A stretch of 64,000 nucleotides of DNA from Methanobacteriota archaeon (GTDB taxonomy: Archaea > Thermoplasmatota > Poseidoniia > Poseidoniales > Thalassarchaeaceae), in contig JAERSV010000080.1 of assembly GCA_016845345.1 (NCBI GenBank), positions 8,750-72,749 of the forward strand. Reading direction: 5' to 3'. Each line of letters opens with the position of its first letter. Positions within the stretch are counted from its first letter, which is position 1. Position numbers and translations under genes: made by a program. Under the pieces are notes generated by a model. That model worked only from the letters and a program-made list of their open reading frames with translations. It made no database searches and was not told the DNA's origin. Shown piece by piece: positions 9,996 to 19,718 of the stretch.

Positions 9996-10847
9996 TTACT
10001 GTTCAGCAACAGGTGGTTCTGGAATATCAGATTCTAATGGCTCATACTCAATGGTAAGGAATGTTTCAGTCTCAATGTTATCGCCTTCAACATCAATATC
10101 CATTCTCCAACCGCCAACGAGTGGGTCATTTGTTCCCCATGCATACGAATCTGATGCGCCGTCCGCAAGTTCCTTAGTTGATGCATCTTCCTCTGAATCC
10201 GCCGGATTTCTTACGGACCAAGTGACGGTTGAAGTCCCCCCACCTATGAGAAAGGCAGGAGGATTAGTGGCATTGCTAATCAAATCTACACGCCTTGGTG
10301 ATGCCTCTTCAGAGCCCGGCGTGGTATCAAACCAAACTGGGTATGGATTGTCAGTACTCTGTGTATTGTCATAATGGAGTTCATACTCAACCCGCAAAAG
10401 CACCTCAACTTCTCCGGAATTACCCTCTGAATCGTTTGCTCCAAGTGTTGCTCGGTAAATCCCATGTGTGTCGTAAGAAACGGTGACTGTTGACATATCA
10501 GCAGCATTGACCTCAACTACTGAGTCACCGTTTCCTGGGTCAACCCAAAACGTCGAAATGTCTCCTTCTTCGCTGTAAGTCTCATTGAAATCGAAGGTAA
10601 ATTCAACATCCTCAAGAGATTGTGTCTGATTTTGAGAGTTCGGCGCCATGATGTGAATTATGGTTCCAGCAGTTGCATCTGCTCCCCAAACCATGTGAAC
10701 CTTGCTCGGTTTTTTCTCATCACTACCACCTAAGCACCCAGCCATTGGAGAGAGTAATAATAGTAGCATCAAGGCTATACTGGGCAATATTCGTTTACCT
10801 AAACCCGCACTTTTCATGTGTGTCACCGCACCTATGGTAGGGCTCAT
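9996..10847 (-). CDS. PKD-domain lipoprotein
   Basis: Lipobox MAGCLGG; PKD-like segment FTFDFNETYSEEGDISTFWVDPGNG...SYDTHGIYRATLGAND. Confidence 0.7.
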   Translation of the reverse strand: MSPTIGAVTHMKSAGLGKRILPSIALMLLLLLSPMAGCLGGSDEKKPSKVHMVWGADATAGTIIHIMAPNSQNQTQSLEDVEFTFDFNETYSEEGDISTFWVDPGNGDSVVEVNAADMSTVTVSYDTHGIYRATLGANDSEGNSGEVEVLLRVEYELHYDNTQSTDNPYPVWFDTTPGSEEASPRRVDLISNATNPPAFLIGGGTSTVTWSVRNPADSEEDASTKELADGASDSYAWGTNDPLVGGWRMDIDVEGDNIETETFLTIEYEPLESDIPEPPVAEQ

Positions 10848-10952
10848 CTAAGAAAAAGGCAACGGCGGAACCCGCATACAAATTGCTTCGCACCCCACTT
10901 ATCCCACCCACATAGAATTGTATTGAAATAGGGGTAGCGTTCCCGATGGGTC

Positions 10953-11027
10953 AGCGCTTTGGAGTAGTCAGGTCATCTCGTCGGGCTCATAACCCGGAGA
11001 CCGGTAGTTCAAATCTACCAGGCGCTA
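10953..11027 (+). tRNA. tRNA-Met(CAT), initiator type
   Basis: Acceptor stem AGCGCTT/AGGCGCT with A1-U72; anticodon arm TCGGG-CTCATAA-CCCGG with three consecutive G-C pairs; T arm GGTAG-TTCAAAT-CTACC; no intron; CCA not encoded. Confidence 0.95.
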
Positions 11028-11115
11028 TTTCCCATGGGACAGTGTTGCGGCTCTTGTTGACTACGGTTAGTCCGAGACGTTTACGCCTCGGACATTCGTT
11101 CTTGAGGAAGATTTG

Positions 11116-11589
11116 GCAAGCCAAATCGATTACAATTGTTCTCACTTTGATGTAAACCTCAACAATAGCCGCTTGGCTGAAAGCTCTTCGGCCGCAGGCT
11201 AGTTACTTGTGAACAAAATTTACGCCTTAGGTGTCTGTTTAGGAAGAACATTTTCCGTTCCGAAAAATGGCCGAAAAAATGTTCTTACTTAGATTCTGTT
11301 CGACTGAAATGTCTCCTTGGCTGGAAGCTCTTCGGCCGATGGTGAGTATCAAAAACCCATTTGATAGCAAGCCAAATCGATTGCAATAGTTCCCACTTCG
11401 ATTCCAACCTCAACAATAGCCGCTTGGCTGAAAGCTCTTCGGCTGCAAGACCGTTACTTGTGAACAAGATTTACATCTTAGGTGTCTGTTTAGGAAGAAC
11501 ATTTTCCGTTCCGAAAATGGCCGAAAAAATGTTCTTACTTAGATTCTGTTCGACTGAAATGTCTCCTTGGCTGGAAGCTCTTCGGCCGA
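11116..11589. repeat. Tandem duplication of a ~224-bp non-coding unit (11116-11339 and 11367-11589) containing four 23-bp hairpin motifs
   Basis: Two near-identical copies with period ~251; motif CTTGGCTGRAAGCTCTTCGGCYG at 11172, 11316, 11423 and 11566. Confidence 0.92.
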
Positions 11590-11594
11590 ATCAC

Positions 11595-11993
11595 TTATTC
11601 CTCTTCATTATCAGTTGAATCTGTTTTTTTGAGGTGTGCCCAAAGTACGTAGGGGAGACTCCAGAAGGCACCTCCAAGTGTACCGAAGAGAATTAGAGTT
11701 GCCAATATTTCTAAACTACCATTCGGGGCGCCGAATGAAGCGCCTAATATTGGCAAAAAGAAAGTTAGAAATGAGACTGGAATCAATTGCTTTAGACTAG
11801 GGTCACAACAACCAATTTGTTGGGATATTTTTTTCACAGCAAATGCGGAGGCGAAAATCATTCCAAAGAAAACCACTAGAGCGGCTTCAAAGGATGGGGG
11901 TTCAAGTCCTACCTTTATCATAATAAGGGCTACAAAAGTTGCTAACATTGCTCCTGTTCCCGCACCAGCAAAAATAATGTCTCTTTTCCTCAT
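11595..11993 (-). CDS. Hypothetical 4-TM membrane protein
   Basis: 132-aa hydrophobic ORF with SD-like GGGAG/AGGA upstream. Confidence 0.7.
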   Translation of the reverse strand: MRKRDIIFAGAGTGAMLATFVALIMIKVGLEPPSFEAALVVFFGMIFASAFAVKKISQQIGCCDPSLKQLIPVSFLTFFLPILGASFGAPNGSLEILATLILFGTLGGAFWSLPYVLWAHLKKTDSTDNEEE

Positions 11994-12117
11994 GATTCCT
12001 AATCTCCCTTTTTAGAGCACACCCATTATTGACAATATATGTATCTGTTCACGAACTCGGTGTTTAACCGGCGGAATCATCAATGGCTGCTCTCCCCCGT
12101 TGGAAGGGTGAGAGCAG

Positions 12118-13494
12118 ATGGGCGGCGGTTCAATGTTGATACGCGGCGCTGAAATGGTGCTCTCTGATCGCATCGTTGCTGGCGATTTGCGAGTTGTAGC
12201 CGGCAAAATAGAATCAATCGCGATTGGAGGAGGTCTAGTCCCAAATGGGGATGAGATGCTAGTTGAGGGTGAAGGATTGCACCTGATGGCAGGCGCAATT
12301 GACCCTCAAGTCCATTTCAGAGAACCGGGCAACCCAGAGAAAGAAACCATCGGAACTGGCTCTAGAGCCGCAGCAGCAGGTGGTGTGACTTCATTTTTAG
12401 ATATGCCAAATAACAACCCTGCTGCTACTAGTTTGGCGGCGATGCAAGCAAAATTAGATTCATCTGCGGCAACTGCAGTTACAAACTACGGATACTTCAT
12501 TGGAGCAACTCCAAATAACGTGGCAGATTTACAAGAAGCTGTAGGAACTGCTGAAAACCCTTCACCAACTGATGGAATCTGTGGAATCAAAGTCTTCATG
12601 GGTTCTTCAACCGGAGACCTTCTAGTCCACCAACAAGAACATCTTGAGAACATCTTTGCTAACACAGGTGGAATCATCGCTGTCCACGCAGAGGATGAAG
12701 ACCGACTCAACGCGAGATGGCCAGAGTTCCAAGACCGCACCGATATCGCATCACATGCTGAATGGAGAGACCACGAATGCGCGCTCTTGGCAACAAAAAG
12801 GGCGAGTAAACTAGCCAAAGACCACAACCATAGGTTACACGTTTTGCACCTCACAACAGGGGTGGAAGCGGATTGGCTAGCCCAAAACAAGGGTGATTTG
12901 ATAACCACGGAAGTGTGCCCTCAGCACCTCACTTTTGACCAGGATGATGTGGAAAAAATTGGTACTCGTTTGCAGATGAACCCCCCGATTCGATACACAG
13001 AAGACCGTGAAACTCTGTGGCGCCGTCTCAAGGATGGAACGATTGACTGCATCGCTACCGACCACGCACCTCACACCTTAGAGAACAAGGCACTTGGGTT
13101 CCCTGTCGCTCACTCTGGAATGCCTGGAGTAGAAACTTCTCTCCCCCTCATGCTCACACACGCGAAGAATGGAAAATGCTCTGTCTTAGATGTCGCGCGC
13201 TGGATGTGTGAAGGGCCTGCTCAAGTTTATGGCATGAAGAACAAGGGCCGCCTTGAGGAAGGATTTGATGCCGATTTGGTGCTTGTTGATTTAGAAAACT
13301 CACATACCATCCAAGATGCAGACACTTGGACTACTGTTGGATGGACGCCCCTTGCTGGGATGGAATTGACTGGATTCCCACAACTGACTGTTGTAGAGGG
13401 AATTCCAGTTCATGGACGTGGTCTTGGCGGCTCGCTACGCGGCGAGCCTTTGTGTGAATCCGGCGAAGCCGGAACCGCAATTCAATTTGTTTGA
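12118..13494 (+). CDS. pyrC: Dihydroorotase (amidohydrolase superfamily)
   Basis: IDPQVHFREPG, GGVTSFLDMPNN, GIKVFMGSSTG, VHAEDE, TEVCPQHL, MNPPIR, IATDHAPH, GMPGVET. Confidence 0.88.
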   Translation: MGGGSMLIRGAEMVLSDRIVAGDLRVVAGKIESIAIGGGLVPNGDEMLVEGEGLHLMAGAIDPQVHFREPGNPEKETIGTGSRAAAAGGVTSFLDMPNNNPAATSLAAMQAKLDSSAATAVTNYGYFIGATPNNVADLQEAVGTAENPSPTDGICGIKVFMGSSTGDLLVHQQEHLENIFANTGGIIAVHAEDEDRLNARWPEFQDRTDIASHAEWRDHECALLATKRASKLAKDHNHRLHVLHLTTGVEADWLAQNKGDLITTEVCPQHLTFDQDDVEKIGTRLQMNPPIRYTEDRETLWRRLKDGTIDCIATDHAPHTLENKALGFPVAHSGMPGVETSLPLMLTHAKNGKCSVLDVARWMCEGPAQVYGMKNKGRLEEGFDADLVLVDLENSHTIQDADTWTTVGWTPLAGMELTGFPQLTVVEGIPVHGRGLGGSLRGEPLCESGEAGTAIQFV

Positions 13495-15071
13495 ATTTCA
13501 TCTATTCGTCTGACGATGAACTGAACCCCAACAAAAATGACCAGCAATGTCAACAATGTTGAAACGGCTGATGTGAACGAGTTTTCTTTCATCTGATCTG
13601 AATCATCTTCAGTGTTTTGATTGGATTGAACAACAAATTTGGCTTGCAAATTCTGAATTGACGATAAATCCAAAAGTTGCGCAACTGGTTCTGACTCAAT
13701 CTGTTTTGTAATTCTTGTAAAGGCGGTTTCATTCAAATTGCTATCAGTGAAAATGATAACGGCATCAGGAGTTGGACCACCCATTTCTGCATCACTATAC
13801 TGCTCACTCCCTAATATTGCCATGGATTCATTTGAGAATCGGTGAATGTAGTAGATGTCAGAGATATTTTTCACCAAAACAATTTGTGGGTTTAGTATAT
13901 CGTTTACATTGAGAATTAACGAACTAGCGTTCAAACCCTCACTAACCATTTGCTGACCCGAGATGTTGATAGTTCCAATCCAATTTGCCGTGACAAATAA
14001 GCCACCTGCCTCCGCATTACAAATGAATGATGCTTGAGCACCAGATGACTCATTCACCGCTGCAGTGACTATTCCAGTTACCCCTCCAATGTTGGAAATG
14101 ACCTCAATAAGCATATCCCCATACTTGCCATTGCGTTCAAATTCACTACCGTTGTTGATTATTCCTGTGAACTTGCCAACCACAATCCAGCCTCGACCAT
14201 CCGATAATTTTGTAAAGTCGTTGAAATGCACTCTCTGGTCTACATCTGCCCCACCAAAAAACAGTGGTTGAGTTGTACCGGTTCCACAATCAAAATTTGA
14301 GAGGAATGAATCTAGATTCGCCTGAGTGTATTCACTGCTCGAACCGAATTTCACCAAACCATCATAAGTTCCAATCATAGCACAGTTGTTGTTTTCCATT
14401 GAAATTGAATTAACACTTGAACTACCTGAACCTTTGATTTGTTCAAACCAAACAATATCGCCAGAAGAGGTCAATCTCAGAATAAAACCATCTGTTCCAC
14501 CATCAGATTCGATGTTCCTGCTCCCTAAGTTGAGGGTTCCTTTGAAAGCACCTGCAACGATCATTTCCCCGTCCTGTAAAATTTCCATGTCATTGAAGCG
14601 AATTGATTCGGATGATTCTAGTGAAATAGACCGAATCGGTGACATATTATCGTCAAGAAAAAGAATCAATCCCATACTTTGATTGTCGTTTGAAATTATA
14701 GCATCTGGGGCAGATGAAAATGAACCTAGAATGACCCACCCTGGGTCAGAGTTCTTGATTATTTTAGAGATAGAATCTTCACCACCTGAACCGATGGTCG
14801 CCAGAGATATTACTTCGCTAGATTCGTTCAATCCTAACAAGAAGCCATCGCTCCATCCTTCTGTATTTACCGACCAAGCCCCAATAGCCTTTGCCTGCCC
14901 AAAGAATGTGTTACCCACCACCCAAGTAGTATTGTCCACTTCACCTACACTATTCAATCGAACATAGGTTTGAGACGACGTATTGGCATCAATTTCAATT
15001 TCCGAACCTACTGCAAAAAGGGGTGATAATACAATCATTATCATGAACCAAACTGGAGGGGACAATCTCAT
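13482..15071 (-). CDS. Secreted, C-terminally anchored beta-propeller-like repeat protein (island cargo)
   Basis: Signal peptide; repeated blades (DGFLLGL, IVAGAFKGTLNLG...DGFILRL...GDIVWF, IGTYDGLVKFG, VVGKFTG); C-terminal TM. Confidence 0.7.
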   Translation of the reverse strand: MRLSPPVWFMIMIVLSPLFAVGSEIEIDANTSSQTYVRLNSVGEVDNTTWVVGNTFFGQAKAIGAWSVNTEGWSDGFLLGLNESSEVISLATIGSGGEDSISKIIKNSDPGWVILGSFSSAPDAIISNDNQSMGLILFLDDNMSPIRSISLESSESIRFNDMEILQDGEMIVAGAFKGTLNLGSRNIESDGGTDGFILRLTSSGDIVWFEQIKGSGSSSVNSISMENNNCAMIGTYDGLVKFGSSSEYTQANLDSFLSNFDCGTGTTQPLFFGGADVDQRVHFNDFTKLSDGRGWIVVGKFTGIINNGSEFERNGKYGDMLIEVISNIGGVTGIVTAAVNESSGAQASFICNAEAGGLFVTANWIGTINISGQQMVSEGLNASSLILNVNDILNPQIVLVKNISDIYYIHRFSNESMAILGSEQYSDAEMGGPTPDAVIIFTDSNLNETAFTRITKQIESEPVAQLLDLSSIQNLQAKFVVQSNQNTEDDSDQMKENSFTSAVSTLLTLLVIFVGVQFIVRRIDEIQTN

Positions 15072-15090
15072 TTGTTCACCGCACTTTAAT

Positions 15091-15885
15091 TTAATACTTA
15101 ATGGTCAATTCGGCGTTATTCATGATTGCTTTTAATCTACTAAGGGTATGAACACCTGGATATTGCTGTTCTTTAATTTCTGAAATCATTGAAATGTTCA
15201 CAGTCCACGGGTGATCTGAATTAGTGCTAATACTGGTTTGAATAGGTTGGGAAGGGCAATCATTAGCCGATTCCGAACCAATTTCAGGACTACTTGAATC
15301 TTCAACAAAAACAGTACAGTAAGTCTTGCTAAAAATTGATGAATGATATGCGGTGTCACTCCTTGACTCCGAATGGAGTGAAATTTGGTTCGTTCCGTGA
15401 CCTGAACTCAACTCAATCGCAATTGATATTTCAGCCCACCGATTAGAAGTTTGAGCGCATCCGGTAATATCTACAGCATAATCAAAAACGATTCGTGTGA
15501 ATTCAGGCTGACCAAATGATATTCCTGTACCCTTAGAAATCGCTGACATATTTCTATTATTTGACCACCAATAATACCATGGGTCATCAATATAAAGTGT
15601 CTGTCTCGTACACCCCAATGAAGCAACAACTCTCCAAGATACTTCTTCTTGATATAGTGGATCAATCATTACTTGAGTCACAACGGGAAAATTTTGATTT
15701 TGAGATGAATTACTGTTAATGATTACAAATTCTATCAATTCGCCTTGAGAATCGTATAGATATGATTCAACTACTACAGATGTATCTGGCTGTGTGTCTT
15801 CAATTGATTGGCCTGATACATTTTCTAAGCTTAAAATGATGATAATTGGCAAGAAGGTTATCAATACCAAATTCCTAATTCGCAT
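15091..15885 (-). CDS. Hypothetical secreted protein (island cargo)
   Basis: 264-aa ORF with signal peptide MRIRNLVLITFLPIIIILS; DNA visibly AT-richer than pyrC. Confidence 0.65.
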   Translation of the reverse strand: MRIRNLVLITFLPIIIILSLENVSGQSIEDTQPDTSVVVESYLYDSQGELIEFVIINSNSSQNQNFPVVTQVMIDPLYQEEVSWRVVASLGCTRQTLYIDDPWYYWWSNNRNMSAISKGTGISFGQPEFTRIVFDYAVDITGCAQTSNRWAEISIAIELSSGHGTNQISLHSESRSDTAYHSSIFSKTYCTVFVEDSSSPEIGSESANDCPSQPIQTSISTNSDHPWTVNISMISEIKEQQYPGVHTLSRLKAIMNNAELTIKY

Positions 15886-16035
15886 AAAAACTACTATAAT
15901 TTTTTGTTACTTAAACATTACTATTTTCCCGTTAAAGAGGGATTATTGATACTCTGAAACGATCGGCAAAGGCTCGCTGCGCGGCGAGCCTTTGTGTCAA
16001 TCCGGCGAAGCCGGAACCGCACTAAAATTCTGATT

Positions 16036-18489
16036 TCAGGCCCTATCATCAGAATCTGATGTTGAATCGGAAGTGCCGCTCGCTTCATCTCCTTCATCTT
16101 CACGCGGCTCATCTTCAACATCCTCAGGCTCAGACTCTTCTCCATCAGCCACAATGTAATCATCTTCCCAGCCCCAATAACTTGGGGCATCAATTCTTTC
16201 TGGAAGGCTAACAGAGTCTGAAAGCGCCATCGTACTGTAATTAGTTACAGTCACGCCTTCAGCAGAGAACGCATAGACATAATCACCCATGAAGATGGAG
16301 CGCCTAACATTTGGACTACCGTAGTAATAGGATTCTCTTAGCCCATTTTCTCCATTGTAGAAATCGGAGTGGTCTATTGTGCCATACTTGGTAAGTGTGT
16401 TATTCTCAGCATCAACCTTCACTAGAATCAATTGTGTGACATACTCGTAACCACTGAAAGAGTATTTTCGTCCATCAATTGTCACTTCATCATAGGTGTA
16501 TCGGTAGGTCGAGAGAGGTATTGCCAACAATTCAGCAGGCGCCCAGTAGGTGAATGCCTTATGCTCATAGGTCGCCTCACTGTACGACCATGACCAACTC
16601 CACCAATCCTCACTGTTGCGGTCAATAGGAGCAAGTTGCAAAGCCGATGCCAAGGTTGGGTCAGAGAAGTTCGAGACATCAAACAATGAAATCTGGGTGT
16701 TACCCCAATCCAATCCCAATCCATCTTCGCCACCAGCAATGCCGATTGTCAAGAGATGGTCTTCACTTAGTGGGTGAATGTAGGTTGACACGCCTGAAAC
16801 CTCTAACTCACCAATCACTTGTGGATTAGTTGGGTCTGAAAGGTCAATTGTCCAAAGAGGGTCAATATTTCTGAATGTGACAAGGTATCCCTTCTCACCA
16901 ATGAAACGGCAAGACCAGATGGTCTCTCCTGTAGCAATGCCACCAACATGGCCTATCTGTAGTAATTCATCACCACCGTTCTCATCTGGTGCAAGAACGT
17001 AGACGTCGTTAGTTGGGCCAGCCCAATCTTCGCCATCTAGCCACCAGCGGCCCCAAATGTCCTGAGTTGTAGCAACTCGGATGGTGCCGTTGTATTCTGA
17101 AAGTGAGAACTGGTCGTTGACAGTTCCAGTAACTCGACCTGAGCCGATGTAGGTCGTTATTCCACCATCTGAGATATCAAAAGCATGAATGTTTGTTGCC
17201 TCCACAAAATCATCATTTCGCCAGTACCACCACCAATCATTGGCTGGCTCTGCAAGAATTAGCATATCTTCGCTTGCATAGACTTCAACCCATGAGGATG
17301 AAACGTGGTCTAGTTCGTATTCAATCATGTCGCCAAACAATTCAATTGTCATTACAGTAGTAAATCCGCGTCCAACTGAATCTGCTGCCGCAGAAAATTC
17401 TTCGCAAGTTGCACTAACTGTTGATTGTTCAACAACTGTTCCATCAGCCATTCGCTCATGCATTCTTGGAGAGAAATCTGCTAATGTTAGGCCTGCAATA
17501 ACTTCTAGATTGTAGGCGATTGCCTCATCTACACTTGCATTCCAAATATCTTGGCGTTCTGGGTCGTTGTGGTCAATCTCCCAGTAATTATCAGGAAGAG
17601 TTGGGTAAGTGCGCAATCCTTGTAATTGCGCGTATGAATGCGTCACAGCACGAAGTGTGCCATCAACTAATCTTGCAGTTTGATAAGAACCGTCAAGGTA
17701 TAGTTCGCGGTCAATTTGTGGGTCTGAACGGTCAGTTATATTCATCACTGTGAACTTCACTTTGTTGCTGTATCGATAGTATGAGTAAATGCTGTCACCC
17801 TCAGCATTATCTGCCATCATAGCAAGGCGGATAGGATCATCAGAAGGTAGATTCCAATAGGAAACATAAGAGATGATCACGAGTTGATTTCCATTAACAA
17901 GCATCTGCATTGGAGAACCCTCCAATGCCGTACTAGATTCCAGAGTAACGTTGCCAAACTCAGGCACTCCCAAAATTACCAACTGACCGTTGTTAATCAT
18001 GTAGATATGATATCCATCGGTTTTGAGGAAGTCTGCTTCATCAACACCTTCTTCCTGATTATTTGTCTCTGAATATTCGCCTTCTCGGTCTCCAGACCCA
18101 GAAGTGCTTGGTGGCGATGAACTATCCATTGTTTGAGTACTATCTCCGTCACTTGCCATTTCAGCAGCTGCAGTATCGACCATTATGTCATCTTCCATAA
18201 AGCCACCACGGAATCCCCAAGAATTCCAATGCCAGTATGATGCCTGGTCAAGGCCAACCATCATTTCTTCAGCAAGAGAGTTTCGTAGATCTTCTTCAAG
18301 TTCTGCACACCCATCATATTGGTTCAAAACGGGAGAAGAACGTACCCGATTACCGAGGAGTAACTCGGGAGAAATCCAGTCAATATTCTCTTCATTTTCA
18401 TTATCTATGGGATTTTCTAATGTTCCCAAACAGCCAGCCAAAAGCATTGAAGCCAGCACAATCAAAACCATAACAGGTGTTCTTGCCAT
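16036..18489 (-). CDS. Lipoprotein with secreted beta-propeller domain (Beta_propel family)
   Basis: Lipobox LLAGC; family signatures YSETNNQEEGVDEADFLKTDG, DQFSLSEYNGTIRVATT, YLVTFRNIDPLWTIDLSDPTNP.VIGELEVSGVSTYIHP, SEATYEHKAF. Confidence 0.85.
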   Translation of the reverse strand: MARTPVMVLIVLASMLLAGCLGTLENPIDNENEENIDWISPELLLGNRVRSSPVLNQYDGCAELEEDLRNSLAEEMMVGLDQASYWHWNSWGFRGGFMEDDIMVDTAAAEMASDGDSTQTMDSSSPPSTSGSGDREGEYSETNNQEEGVDEADFLKTDGYHIYMINNGQLVILGVPEFGNVTLESSTALEGSPMQMLVNGNQLVIISYVSYWNLPSDDPIRLAMMADNAEGDSIYSYYRYSNKVKFTVMNITDRSDPQIDRELYLDGSYQTARLVDGTLRAVTHSYAQLQGLRTYPTLPDNYWEIDHNDPERQDIWNASVDEAIAYNLEVIAGLTLADFSPRMHERMADGTVVEQSTVSATCEEFSAAADSVGRGFTTVMTIELFGDMIEYELDHVSSSWVEVYASEDMLILAEPANDWWWYWRNDDFVEATNIHAFDISDGGITTYIGSGRVTGTVNDQFSLSEYNGTIRVATTQDIWGRWWLDGEDWAGPTNDVYVLAPDENGGDELLQIGHVGGIATGETIWSCRFIGEKGYLVTFRNIDPLWTIDLSDPTNPQVIGELEVSGVSTYIHPLSEDHLLTIGIAGGEDGLGLDWGNTQISLFDVSNFSDPTLASALQLAPIDRNSEDWWSWSWSYSEATYEHKAFTYWAPAELLAIPLSTYRYTYDEVTIDGRKYSFSGYEYVTQLILVKVDAENNTLTKYGTIDHSDFYNGENGLRESYYYGSPNVRRSIFMGDYVYAFSAEGVTVTNYSTMALSDSVSLPERIDAPSYWGWEDDYIVADGEESEPEDVEDEPREDEGDEASGTSDSTSDSDDRA

Positions 18490-18520
18490 GATTACGCCAC
18501 GATAGTCCCTACATTAAGGG

Positions 18521-18541
18521 AGTTGGTTCAACGATTTTACC
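18521..18541 (-). promoter_or_regulatory. 21-bp upstream motif GGTAAAATCGTTGAACCAACT (copy 1)
   Basis: 20/21 identical to 19719-19739; both lie ~32-56 nt upstream of minus-strand start codons. Confidence 0.6.
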
Positions 18542-18795
18542 TTTAGGAACGAACAATCCTCTACAAAAACAATATTTACGGAGGATAATTTGACTTCGCT
18601 TCATCGATATCCGTTTTGAAAACATAGACTATTTTGTAAGTTGTTCAGGTTGTTTCTTATTACTGAATCTGTAAACATACTCAGTCTCTGTATTGACTGT
18701 TTAATTATGCAAACCACACACAAATTCTAGTGCCTAAGGTCGGCTTCTGTTAACCTTGAGTAACACTGTCATGACAAATTCGGGCTTTGGAAGAT

Positions 18796-19683
18796 TCAAG
18801 ACAAAGCAGATTCACGGACAACAGATAGTTGTCCATGACCAAGGTCTGAAAGTTTCCAGGTCGCCTTACGACCTTTTCCATCCTTATCGATTAACTCTCG
18901 CTCTTGCAGTTGTTTCAGGTGGTAAGCCATCAATTGTTTTGACGCTTCTAACTTTGTTCTGATTTCAACAGTTGAAATCCCCAAATCCCCTGCGCTGGAG
19001 AGTACCTCCAAAATTGCTCTTTGCATACCGGTAACGGGACTCTCAAGCTCATACAATTTCTTAGGGTCAATTCCCGTAATTGCATATCTTCTACGCCTAC
19101 CATCTTGCCAAGAAATCAACTCTCCAGCCTTTTCTAATTGGTGCAAATGGTACGCGGTTACGCCATTGGCTAGTGCGAGAGCATCGCGAAGTGCAGAGAA
19201 GTGTATCCCAGGGTGTGCCTCAACATAACCCTCAATTCGGCCGCGTGTTTGAACATCTTTCTCTTTACCATGAAGTTTCGCCAAAAGTGGACCGGCTAGA
19301 GCCAAGACAAGACCTGTCTTCACCCCCTCACTGACTATCACACCTACTCCAAGTGAGCCGACCAATCCAATGGTTACAAGGGCTAGAAGTAGCGCGGCAA
19401 TGATTGAGGTGAATCCTACAGTTGCTATTTCGCCTGCTCCATCCGCTGCAAGCGGTTCATCATTTCTAGAATCGGCTGATTCTGGTGTAGCACCACTGCT
19501 ATCATCCTCCTCGGCGCTATCATCTGTAGCGGCCATTTCTGCAACAAAATTTTCTTCTTCGTCGACTTGTTGTTCCTCTTGAGGCGTGAAATAATCAATC
19601 AGCAAAGCGCTGTTGTAAGCTGTTACAAGAAGGCCTAACACCGCTATTAGCGCTAACAGCCGGTATCCAACAACTCGGTTCAT
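18796..19683 (-). CDS. Membrane-anchored winged-helix transcriptional regulator (tandem wHTH)
   Basis: N-terminal TM, acidic linker, TM segment, then TRGRIEGYVEAHPGIHFSALRDAL..NGVTAYHLHQLE and a second wHTH (QRAILEVL...SKQLMAYHLKQL); ATG at 19683 preferred over 19713. Confidence 0.8.
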   Translation of the reverse strand: MNRVVGYRLLALIAVLGLLVTAYNSALLIDYFTPQEEQQVDEEENFVAEMAATDDSAEEDDSSGATPESADSRNDEPLAADGAGEIATVGFTSIIAALLLALVTIGLVGSLGVGVIVSEGVKTGLVLALAGPLLAKLHGKEKDVQTRGRIEGYVEAHPGIHFSALRDALALANGVTAYHLHQLEKAGELISWQDGRRRRYAITGIDPKKLYELESPVTGMQRAILEVLSSAGDLGISTVEIRTKLEASKQLMAYHLKQLQERELIDKDGKGRKATWKLSDLGHGQLSVVRESALS

Positions 19684-19718
19684 GTTGACTCCTGAGAACA
19701 GGATTGCACCCATAACGA

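Larger units (their letters stand above)
13429..16021. mobile_element. Putative small integrated island (2 cargo genes) bounded by 51-bp direct repeats of the pyrC 3' end
   Basis: 13429-13479 and 15971-16021 are identical at 49/51 positions. The distal copy continues in frame to a stop (GSLRGEPLCQSGEAGTALKF*, TGA at 16031-16033). No integrase inside. Confidence 0.75.

Noticed and set aside
10953..11027. tRNA-iMet as attachment site of a provirus or island
   Set aside because: No second copy of the tRNA 3' end and no integrase were seen in the window.
11172..11588. CRISPR array from four 23-bp palindromic repeats
   Set aside because: Intervening segments are 84-121 nt, two of them are copies of each other, and there are no cas genes in the window.
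11285..11618. Short ORFs (11285-11467 minus, 11361-11618 plus) inside the duplicated unit
   Set aside because: The equivalent frame in the other copy has a stop and a 1-nt indel; no recognisable protein motifs.
15921..16193. 90-aa ORF spanning the distal pyrC repeat
   Set aside because: It overlaps the beta-propeller gene out of frame and has no coding features.
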